Assembly: GCF_047652685.1 (NCBI RefSeq)
Contig: NZ_CP157399.1
Location: 1,174,916-1,198,915 of the forward strand
DNA length: 24,000 bases
From: Dehalobacter sp. CP
GTDB lineage: Bacteria > Bacillota > Desulfitobacteriia > Desulfitobacteriales > Syntrophobotulaceae
Direction: 5' to 3'
Both the position numbers and the translations under genes were made by a program. The notes under the pieces are model-generated. The model was given only the letters and a program-made list of their open reading frames with translations. It did no database searches and was not told the DNA's origin. Below are positions 16,500 to 24,000 of this stretch, one piece after another; the first letter of the stretch is position 1; every line of letters starts with the position of its first letter.

Positions 16500-17318
16500 G
16501 TGGCCAAAAATAAATCCAGACTCGATCTTCTTCTCGTCCAAAAAGGATTGGTTGAAAGCAGAGAAAAGGCTAAAGCTTTAATTATGGCCGGAAAAGTCTA
16601 TAAGGACAATCTTCGTCTTGACAAGCCAGGCATCATGCTGGAAGAAGATACAGGCCTGATTGTCAAGGGAGAGATCCATCCTTACGTTTCGCGCGGAGGT
16701 CTGAAACTGGCCAAGGCGATGGACGTATTTCAGCTGGATCTGAAGGATAAGGTCATTGCCGATATCGGGGCGTCTACCGGCGGATTTACAGATTGTGCAC
16801 TGCAGAATGGGGCTTCCAGGGTCTATGCGGTCGATGTTGGCTATGGTCAGCTGGCCTGGAGGCTGCGCAGTGACGAAAGAGTGGTCTGCCTGGAAAGAAC
16901 CAATGCACGTTACCTGACTGCGGACAGTCTCCCGGAAAAAGTAGACTGGATCGTGTGTGATGTTTCATTTATTTCCCTGACCAAGATCTTTCCCTCGATG
17001 ACAGCGATTCTGAAAGGAAGCGGACAGGCGCTAGTCCTCATCAAACCGCAATTTGAGGCCGGCCCCGAGAATGTCGGCAAAAACGGTGTTGTCAGAGACC
17101 CGCAAGTCCACCGGGAGGTTCTGCAAAACGTCCTGACTGAAGCTCAAAAACAAGGATTTCAGGTCAAGGGACTGGATTTTTCGCCAATTCGCGGTCCCGA
17201 AGGAAATATAGAATTTTTAGCCTGGCTCTGCAAGAAAAATGAGCAAGAGGCAGCGGTATTCGACTGGAATTCTTGTCTGACTGAGCTTGTTCTGAAGGCT
17301 CAGGCAGGAACGGAGTGA
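16500..17318 (+). CDS. tlyA: TlyA family rRNA methyltransferase / hemolysin-like protein
   Basis: RLDLLLVQKGLVESREKAKALIMAGKVYK (S4 domain); YVSRGGLKLAKAMDVF; ADIGASTGGFTDCALQNGA; GTG start. Confidence 0.93.
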   Translation: MAKNKSRLDLLLVQKGLVESREKAKALIMAGKVYKDNLRLDKPGIMLEEDTGLIVKGEIHPYVSRGGLKLAKAMDVFQLDLKDKVIADIGASTGGFTDCALQNGASRVYAVDVGYGQLAWRLRSDERVVCLERTNARYLTADSLPEKVDWIVCDVSFISLTKIFPSMTAILKGSGQALVLIKPQFEAGPENVGKNGVVRDPQVHREVLQNVLTEAQKQGFQVKGLDFSPIRGPEGNIEFLAWLCKKNEQEAAVFDWNSCLTELVLKAQAGTE

Positions 17319-17322
17319 ACGG

Positions 17323-18138
17323 ATGGGAAACAAGGTAGGGATATGGATTAACCATTCTAAAATTACGAAAGAAAGCATCACCCCTCAGCTAATTAATTGG
17401 TTCAACAGTCAGGGATGGGAAACTGTACCGGAATGGGACCAGGAGATTACGGAAGATGTTGACTTTGTACTTTCCCTTGGCGGAGACGGCACAGTCTTGA
17501 AAGCTGCCAGAGAAGCCGCCCGGTTCAACATCCCGGTTCTCGGCGTGAATTACGGCCGGCTTGGTTTTTTATGCGAGGTTGAACGCGGCGAAATCTATTC
17601 TGCCTTAAAAAAGGTGCTGCGCAATGAATATACGGTCGATGAGAGACTCATGATGATTACTTCATATTTTAAAGACGGTCAGATACAGCAGGATATGGTT
17701 CTGAATGATGTCGTTTTTATCCGGGACAGTGAAGAGACGCTAATAACGCTTCAGGTCAAGCTTTCCGGTGAACCGATTGCGAGTCCGCCTTCGGACGGCT
17801 TGATTATTGCAACACCGACAGGCTCGACCGCCTATTCACTTTCAGCCGGCGGACCTGTTGTGAGCCCGGATGTTCAGGCCATGCTGATCACGCCGCTGGC
17901 TGCCCATGCGCTTTCCTCCCGGCCGATGGTCATATCAAACAAGGAAAAAATAGATATCAGTCTGACCAGAGGCAGTAAATGCCGGGTGACCGTTGACGGA
18001 AAATATATGACGACCATGAATTCCGGAGATGTGGTCCGGATCGAAACGGCTCCGATCAAAGCAAGATTTATCCGGCTTGGAGGAAGGAGCTTTCCGAAGG
18101 TTGTCCGGGAGAAACTCCGGGACCGCTGGCATGAATAA
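17323..18138 (+). CDS. nadK: NAD kinase
   Basis: VDFVLSLGGDGTVLKAAREA; PVLGVNYGRLGFLCEVE; DGLIIATPTGSTAYSLSAGGPVVSPD. Confidence 0.96.
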   Translation: MGNKVGIWINHSKITKESITPQLINWFNSQGWETVPEWDQEITEDVDFVLSLGGDGTVLKAAREAARFNIPVLGVNYGRLGFLCEVERGEIYSALKKVLRNEYTVDERLMMITSYFKDGQIQQDMVLNDVVFIRDSEETLITLQVKLSGEPIASPPSDGLIIATPTGSTAYSLSAGGPVVSPDVQAMLITPLAAHALSSRPMVISNKEKIDISLTRGSKCRVTVDGKYMTTMNSGDVVRIETAPIKARFIRLGGRSFPKVVREKLRDRWHE

Positions 18139-18745
18139 TGAGAGCATGAACGGTGTCTTCAATCCGAAGGGGATCGAAAATATGCAGACAATGTTAAAAA
18201 TGTATCTGCAGCACCTTATCCAGCCGGGAGATCAGGTGTTGGATGCTACGGCAGGACGCGGCAAGGACACCCTTTTTCTGGCGGAATGCGTGGGTTCTGA
18301 AGGCCGGGTGTTTGCGTTTGATATTCAGGAAGAAGCTATCCAATCAACTCGGGAACTGCTCACAGCGCACAAGATGCTCGACAGGGTCGCCTTATTCCGG
18401 GAGAGTCACACAGAGATTGGGCGCCTTGTTCCGCAAGGAATCAGAGCTGCCGTTTTCAATCTCGGCTATTTGCCCGGGAGCAGCAGTCAGACAATCATTA
18501 CCGAGCCGGAGACAACGCTTCAGGCGGTAAATGATACGTTGAAGCTGCTGGCAGCCAAAGGGGTCATCGTACTCACCGTCTATCGCGGACACAGTCGCAG
18601 CCTGGAAGAAGCAAATACATTGAATGCCTATGCAGCAGAACTTTCCAAGAAGGATTTTCATGTCCTGCAGGGAATGTATCTAAATCAAGGTGAGACATCT
18701 CCATACTGGCTAATTATTCAGAAGAACAGAGGTGATCATTCATGA
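18131..18745 (+). CDS. mnmM: Class I SAM-dependent methyltransferase, MnmM/YtqB family
   Basis: GDQVLDATAGRGKDTLFLAECVG; AVFNLGYLPGSSSQTIITEPETTLQAVNDTLKLL; VLTVYRGH; ATG at 18131 overlaps the nadK end. Confidence 0.85.
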   Translation: MNNESMNGVFNPKGIENMQTMLKMYLQHLIQPGDQVLDATAGRGKDTLFLAECVGSEGRVFAFDIQEEAIQSTRELLTAHKMLDRVALFRESHTEIGRLVPQGIRAAVFNLGYLPGSSSQTIITEPETTLQAVNDTLKLLAAKGVIVLTVYRGHSRSLEEANTLNAYAAELSKKDFHVLQGMYLNQGETSPYWLIIQKNRGDHS

Positions 18746-19191
18746 AAAGCCGCCGTCAAAAAAAAATCCAGGAACTGATTACCAATGAACCGGTTAAAAC
18801 GCAGGAGGAATTAGCGCAAAGGCTGTTCGAAGAGGGCTTTAATGTCACACAGGCCACCGTTTCGCGGGATATCAAGGAGATGGGTCTGATCAAGATATCC
18901 GGCTCAGACGATGAATACCGTTATGCCATTCAGGCTGAAGCGCATCCGCCCGGGTATCAGGAAAGATTGAAACGAATGTTCAAGGAAGTTGTGATCGCGT
19001 TCGACAGCAGCGAAAACATCATTGTGATCAAAACCATACCGGGGAATGCCCAGGCGATGGCGTTGCTGCTTGACAATATTGGCTGGAAAGAAGTGATCGG
19101 CACTGTAGCTGGAGATGATACCATCTTTCTTCTGATCAAACCTAAAGAACAAACAGAAATCATTCTGGAGAGACTAGCCGAACTGAGCTGA
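18742..19191 (+). CDS. argR: Arginine repressor
   Basis: RRQKKIQELITNEPVKTQEELAQRLFEEGFNVTQATVSRDIKEMGLIKI; C-terminal GNAQAMALLLDNIGWKEVIGTVAGDDTIFLL. Confidence 0.96.
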   Translation: MKSRRQKKIQELITNEPVKTQEELAQRLFEEGFNVTQATVSRDIKEMGLIKISGSDDEYRYAIQAEAHPPGYQERLKRMFKEVVIAFDSSENIIVIKTIPGNAQAMALLLDNIGWKEVIGTVAGDDTIFLLIKPKEQTEIILERLAELS

Positions 19192-19248
19192 ACCGAACCG
19201 TGTCTTTTAATTTTCCATTGACTGAGTGTGGCAAAGAGGAGGAGACCT

Positions 19249-20919
19249 ATGCTCGTAGAACTTCGCATCAAAGATTTTGCACTGATGGAAGATGTCCATT
19301 TGCTTTTTGATAAAGGCTTGTCTGTTTTTACAGGGGAGACAGGAGCCGGAAAATCTATGCTGGTAGATGCATTGGGTTTGCTTCTGGGCGGAAGAGCCAG
19401 CAATGAATTTCTGCGGCATGGCAAGGACAAAGCGTGTGTGGAAGGGATTTTTTCCAATCTGCCGCTAAAATTGACTGAAATGTTGCAGGACGAAGGATAT
19501 CCGCTCGAAGATGACATGCTGTTCCTGTATCGGGAAATCAATGATTCCGGCCGGAATGTCTGCCGTGTTCAGGGCAGAACCGTCCCGTTATCCCTGTACC
19601 GGACATTCTGTGAAGGACTCGTAGACATTCACGATCAGATGGAGCACCAGTCACTGCTGCAGGCCGAAACCCAGAGGGAGCTCTTAGACAGTTTCGGCGG
19701 CGAGGAGCATTTAAAACTACTGAAACAAGTCAGGGACGCGGCTGTCAATTACCGGAACACCATGTCCAGAGAAAGAGAACTCCTGCGTTCGGAGCGGGAC
19801 AGGGAGAAAAGGGAAGAAATACTGCGTTACCAGATTGAGGAGATCGACCGGATTGCACCGGTTTCCGGGGAAGAGGAGTCTCTGGAACAGGAGAAAAAGT
19901 TTTTGCTGAATGCCGAAAAGATCGTCAGTCTTGTCAATGAAGCCTATGATGAACTCTATGCCGGAACCAAAGAAGCCTCTGATGCTGCTTTTGATAGGAT
20001 TGGGTCAGCCACAGAAAAAATGGGGGAACTCTCGGCGCTTGATCCTGAGATTGAAGAGCTGCATAAGAACCTTGAAGAGATCTATTTCAGTCTTGAAGAT
20101 TATGTGACCAAACTGCGGTCCTATAAAGATAAGCTGGATTTTGAACCAGGAAGGCTTGACGAAATTGAAACCCGCCTGATTGATCTCAGTAAGCTCAGAA
20201 AATACGCGTATACGATTGAAGCTGTTTTGGAAAGACGGGTTGAAATGGAAGAAGAACTTGAAGAAATTGCCCATCTTCAGGATGAAAAGGAAAATATCCG
20301 GCGCGAAAAGAAAGAGGCGCTGACAACGTATAACAATCTGGTGGAGGAACTCAGCCTGAACCGCGGCATCCAGGCTGAACGAATTGAAAAGGGCCTGGCA
20401 GACGAATTGCTCGATTTGGGGCTAAACGAGGCCAGAATCGAAATCATATTTTCACCAGTCACCGAACCGTCGCCCGAAGGTGCGGAACAGATTGAGTTTT
20501 ATTTTTCCGCGAATGTCGGAGAACCTCCCAAGCCTTTGGCCAAAGTGGCTTCAGGCGGAGAAATGGCCAGGATCATGCTGGCTTTCAAAAGCTTATTATC
20601 GAAAGTGGAAACCGTGGATACGTTTGTCTTCGATGAAGTGGACAGCGGAGTCGGCGGCAGAACGATCATGAAGGTCGCTGAAAAGCTTGAAAAAATATCG
20701 GAGAACAGACAAGTGCTCTGCATTACCCACTCGGCGCCGATCGCGGCATTTGCCGACAGCCATTTTGGCATTGATAAAGTCGTTGTGGAAGACCGGACAC
20801 AGACCAAAGTCAATCGGCTTGGCGAAAGTGAAAGGGTCCAGGAAATGGCCCGAATGCTTGGCGGTGAAAGCGTCGCGCTAAGCCTTGCGGAGGAATTATG
20901 GCAGCAGGCTAAAAAATAA
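19249..20919 (+). CDS. recN: DNA repair protein RecN
   Basis: LRIKDFALMEDVHLLFDKGLSVFTGETGAGKSMLVDALGLLLGGR; VASGGEMARIMLAFKSLLS; VFDEVDSGVGGRTIMKVAEKL; ATG 19249 after AGGAGGAG. Confidence 0.97.
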   Translation: MLVELRIKDFALMEDVHLLFDKGLSVFTGETGAGKSMLVDALGLLLGGRASNEFLRHGKDKACVEGIFSNLPLKLTEMLQDEGYPLEDDMLFLYREINDSGRNVCRVQGRTVPLSLYRTFCEGLVDIHDQMEHQSLLQAETQRELLDSFGGEEHLKLLKQVRDAAVNYRNTMSRERELLRSERDREKREEILRYQIEEIDRIAPVSGEEESLEQEKKFLLNAEKIVSLVNEAYDELYAGTKEASDAAFDRIGSATEKMGELSALDPEIEELHKNLEEIYFSLEDYVTKLRSYKDKLDFEPGRLDEIETRLIDLSKLRKYAYTIEAVLERRVEMEEELEEIAHLQDEKENIRREKKEALTTYNNLVEELSLNRGIQAERIEKGLADELLDLGLNEARIEIIFSPVTEPSPEGAEQIEFYFSANVGEPPKPLAKVASGGEMARIMLAFKSLLSKVETVDTFVFDEVDSGVGGRTIMKVAEKLEKISENRQVLCITHSAPIAAFADSHFGIDKVVVEDRTQTKVNRLGESERVQEMARMLGGESVALSLAEELWQQAKK

Positions 20920-20941
20920 ATTAACAGGCCAAAAAATGAAT

Positions 20942-21961
20942 TTACGACTTCTTTAAGCTTTGTTTATACAGGTAATCGATCAGTACGACAATCCCGCCCA
21001 CGAACAAATTTAAATAATAGACGATGAGTCTCCAGAGCATGATCGCATAGATCATAACACCGGAAGGGAAAATTAGCCCGAATATCAGGTAAAATCCTCC
21101 CTCGGATGCTCCGGCATTTCCAGGCGTCGGAATGTAATTAATCGCCATGTAATGCAAAGACTGCACAGCAAGAATATCAAACAGGGACGCGTCTCTTAAA
21201 CCAAATGACAGATAGACAAAATAGGTCACGCAAAAGTACACGATGACTTGAATCAACGTATAGAGACAGGTTAGAAGCAGAGCTTTGCGGTCTCTCAGGA
21301 ACAAGCGCAGAGAACTTCTGTATTCCTCAATATGCCTGGAAAAGATTTGATCATTCATATTCTTGGCCAGTTTGATTTTATGAAGCAGTCTTAAGATCAG
21401 AAGGCAGACCTTTTTCACAATCGAACTGTTGTAACAGAGCAAAAGCAGAGCCAGCGTCGATATGATATTGATCATAAAACCTATAGCAATGAAGGTTTTG
21501 CTGACCGCACCCTGCTCAAAGATAAAATCATACTTAAAAATAGCCATAACCAAAGCGAAGGCAGTCACAATAATATGATAAATCGTAAATTTATTGATCG
21601 TGACTGATGTAGCCAGCCCCAGCGGGATTTTATAGTCATTTTTCATCGTATAGACCTGCGCGACAGGCTGTCCCCCGCCAGAAAAAGGAGTAATGGAACT
21701 ATAATACTGTCCAATCAGCGCTATTTTCATATACCGCCAAAAACGGATACCTTGATCAGAAATCTCAACAATCACTTTAATAATTAACGCATCAAAAAAC
21801 CAAAAAAGGACCATGCAGACAAATGCCAGGAATAACAGCCCTCCATCAGTTATGGCGATCAGGTGAGGTATAATACTAAATTTCGAACTGGAAATCAATA
21901 TCCAGACGGTCACTGCAATGACCAGGGCTGTAAAAAAATAATTTACAAATATTTTTTTCAT
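20942..21961 (-). CDS. Lysylphosphatidylglycerol synthase-like TM (UPF0104) family membrane protein
   Basis: MKKIFVNYFFTALVIAVTVWILISSSKF; FSGGGQPVAQVYTMK; HYMAINYIPTPGNAGASEGGFYLIFG. Motifs of the LPG_synthase_TM family. Confidence 0.85.
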   Translation of the reverse strand: MKKIFVNYFFTALVIAVTVWILISSSKFSIIPHLIAITDGGLLFLAFVCMVLFWFFDALIIKVIVEISDQGIRFWRYMKIALIGQYYSSITPFSGGGQPVAQVYTMKNDYKIPLGLATSVTINKFTIYHIIVTAFALVMAIFKYDFIFEQGAVSKTFIAIGFMINIISTLALLLLCYNSSIVKKVCLLILRLLHKIKLAKNMNDQIFSRHIEEYRSSLRLFLRDRKALLLTCLYTLIQVIVYFCVTYFVYLSFGLRDASLFDILAVQSLHYMAINYIPTPGNAGASEGGFYLIFGLIFPSGVMIYAIMLWRLIVYYLNLFVGGIVVLIDYLYKQSLKKS

Positions 21962-22111
21962 CGTTTGTTTCCTTTTATGACTATTATAAAGCCTATTATA
22001 ACCCAACAAATGACAAGAGTTCTAGCTTTTGTCATTTTCTTATTTCGCCATAAATTTAAGAAATCCTAGAAAACATTTCACAGGATGAAACCTTTTTATA
22101 AGGGAAATCTA

Positions 22112-22152
22112 ATACTGCAATAAAAAATTTTATTGTAGTATCTCTGCAGAGA
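22112..22152. promoter_or_regulatory. Two adjacent palindromes upstream of spoIVB
   Basis: ATACTGCAATAAAA-aa-TTTTATTGTAGTAT (22112-22141, 14 bp with one G-U) then TCTCTGCAGAGA (22141-22152, perfect). Confidence 0.6.
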
Positions 22153-22196
22153 AAAAAATACGTGAGGAGGGTGAAAAACTGAAGGGAAAAAACGGT

Positions 22197-23390
22197 TTGC
22201 ATAAAAAACTAACCCGTATTATTTTCCGAATAGGAATTCTCCTCGTTTTTACCCTTAGTATTCAACAAATTGCAGGATTCTATCAGAAAACAGAAACCAG
22301 TCGTTTTTACCCGGTAATTAATTATCTCGATTTTTTTTCAGCAGGCAAGGAAGTCAATAAAGTACGGCCATCCGTTATTCCAGGCGGACAATCCATTGGA
22401 GTGACCTTGCAGACCAAAGGAGTCTTGATCGTAGGATATGCTCCGATCACGAACAAGGAAGGCAAACAGTCTTATCCTGCAAAGGATTCTGGAATAGAAG
22501 TTGGGGACATCATTTTAAAAATTAATGGCATCACAGCAACGAATGATTTTCAGGTAGCACAGGAAATCGATAAAAAATGCAAAGAAAACAAAACAATTGT
22601 GCTTGAGATCAAACACAAAGAAAGAATTCTGGAAAAAAAGATTCAGCCGGTATTCTGCTCAGAAACCCAAAGATATCGGATAGGGCTGTTTATCAGGGAC
22701 GAGGCTGCAGGAGTGGGAACTCTGACGTTTATTGAACCCAATACGAAAATATTCGGGGCTTTGGGACACGTCATCACGGATATTGATACCAATGACCAAA
22801 TTGAATTAAGTGACGGCAAAATCGTCGAATCCACAATCTACTCCATTGAAAAAGGTCAAAGAGGAGACCCCGGAGAAAAAATTGGTACGTTTATGCTTCA
22901 GTCAAATTTCACCGGTAAAATTGCCAAGAATTCAGCCAGCGGGATATTTGGTATTTATGAAGGTGAAATCCGGAATCCGTATTTCAGTACCATGGTTCCT
23001 ATAGCCTGGAAATCCGAGGTTGAGGTTGGACCGGCTAAAATCTATACGGTTTTAAAAGACAATACCATCGAAGAATTTGACATTAAAATAGAAAAAATTA
23101 TGCAGTACCGTACAGACAACAAAAATATGATTATCAGGATCACCGACCCGGAATTGCTGGAAAAAACCGGAGGGATCGTCCAAGGTATGAGCGGCAGCCC
23201 GATTATTCAAAATGGCAAAATTGTTGGTGCCGTTACGCATGTATTTGTCAATGATTCTACCCGGGGATACGGAATATTTATTGAGAAAATGATCGACGAA
23301 TCAGGTATAACGAGTAAAGCTGCAGCCGCCCGCGAGGGCGGTTTCTTCAGTACATGCATGCTTAATATATTTTCTTATTATATTTTATAA
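22197..23390 (+). CDS. spoIVB: SpoIVB serine peptidase (PDZ domain)
   Basis: PDZ segment IEVGDIILKINGITA; catalytic motif TGGIVQGMSGSPIIQNGKIVGAVTHVFVNDSTRGYGIFIEKM; upstream of spo0A. Start TTG 22197 or possibly CTG 22179. Confidence 0.94.
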   Translation: MHKKLTRIIFRIGILLVFTLSIQQIAGFYQKTETSRFYPVINYLDFFSAGKEVNKVRPSVIPGGQSIGVTLQTKGVLIVGYAPITNKEGKQSYPAKDSGIEVGDIILKINGITATNDFQVAQEIDKKCKENKTIVLEIKHKERILEKKIQPVFCSETQRYRIGLFIRDEAAGVGTLTFIEPNTKIFGALGHVITDIDTNDQIELSDGKIVESTIYSIEKGQRGDPGEKIGTFMLQSNFTGKIAKNSASGIFGIYEGEIRNPYFSTMVPIAWKSEVEVGPAKIYTVLKDNTIEEFDIKIEKIMQYRTDNKNMIIRITDPELLEKTGGIVQGMSGSPIIQNGKIVGAVTHVFVNDSTRGYGIFIEKMIDESGITSKAAAAREGGFFSTCMLNIFSYYIL

Positions 23391-23452
23391 AATGATATTT
23401 GATACTGAATATATATATTTTTCCAATAGATCAGAAGGAATTGGTAAATTCT

Positions 23453-23459
23453 TGTCGAA
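23453..23459 (+). promoter_or_regulatory. 0A box upstream of spo0A
   Basis: TGTCGAA exact match to the Spo0A core binding motif, 62 bp before the spo0A start. Confidence 0.55.
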
Positions 23460-23521
23460 AAGTAACTAGATTGGATTTATATGTTTTTTCGGTGTATCTT
23501 TGGAAACTGGAGGATAGTTCG

Positions 23522-24000
23522 ATGGAAACGATAAAAGTTTTGTTGGCTGACGATAACCGCGATTTTATTGAAGTATTAAAGGAATATATAAGCAATCAAA
23601 AGGACATGGTGCTTTCGGGTGTAGCTTATAACGGAAACGACGCACTGGATATGATCAAAAAAGAGGAACCTGATGTCGTGGTCCTGGATATAATTATGCC
23701 TCATCTCGACGGATTAGGCGTCATGGAAAAACTAATAAACACGATCAAAAGGCCCAAAGTGATCATTTTAACTTCTTTTGGCCAGGAAAATATGACACAG
23801 CGGGCAGTTCAGCTAGGGGCTGACTATTACATATTGAAACCGTTTGATTTGGAAACGTTAGGGAAAAGAATACGGCAGCTGGTCGGGGTTTATGAAGCCG
23901 CTCCTTCGTTTAACAATATTTCAAATGCGATGTTATCTTCGAATATGAGCAGTGTTATCCAGGTTAACGCCAAAAATTCCAAGATGATTGAAGTTGAAGT
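23522..24000 (+). CDS. spo0A: Sporulation master regulator Spo0A, N-terminal part (truncated by window end)
   Basis: ATG 23522: METIKVLLADDNRDFIEVLKEYISNQKD...DVVVLDIIMPHLDGLGVMEKL...VIILTSFGQENMTQRAVQLGADYYILKPFD; follows spoIVB. Confidence 0.95.
   Translation, partial: METIKVLLADDNRDFIEVLKEYISNQKDMVLSGVAYNGNDALDMIKKEEPDVVVLDIIMPHLDGLGVMEKLINTIKRPKVIILTSFGQENMTQRAVQLGADYYILKPFDLETLGKRIRQLVGVYEAAPSFNNISNAMLSSNMSSVIQVNAKNSKMIEVE

Noticed and set aside
1-24000. CRISPR array, tRNA/rRNA genes, defence islands or BGC-like clusters
   Set aside because: No regularly spaced repeats with spacers, no recognisable tRNA/rRNA, and nearly all coding space is explained by housekeeping and sporulation genes.

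Overview
This window is mostly a conserved Gram-positive, spore-former chromosomal region, probably Peptococcaceae/Clostridia-like (inferred from gene content). Gene order on the + strand is spoIIIAD(partial)-AE-AF-AG-AH, asp23-like, DUF2273-like, nusB, a TsaD/Kae1-like paralog, an NfnA/NfnB-type flavoprotein pair, corA-like, (DUF2148-like on the - strand), xseA, xseB, ispA, divergent-PAP2, a DUF21-like membrane protein, dxs, tlyA, nadK, mnmM/ytqB, argR, recN, (LPG-synthase-like TM protein on the - strand), spoIVB and the start of spo0A. I found no clear new multi-gene defence or biosynthetic system. The strongest unannotated signal is a non-coding repeat family. One copy is a 217-bp MITE-like element (13148-13364) with 22-bp terminal inverted repeats (21/22 identical); its left end supplies the stop codon of ispA. 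A shorter diverged copy sits in the opposite orientation at about 9838-9987, downstream of corA. Other items worth a look are a truncated IS3/IS150-like remnant whose end hairpin covers the transposase ribosome-binding site, a possible promoter-to-terminator small RNA (about 8338-8455), a long leader upstream of corA, adjacent palindromes upstream of spoIVB, and a 0A box upstream of spo0A. All product names come from reading motifs by eye; no database search was run.
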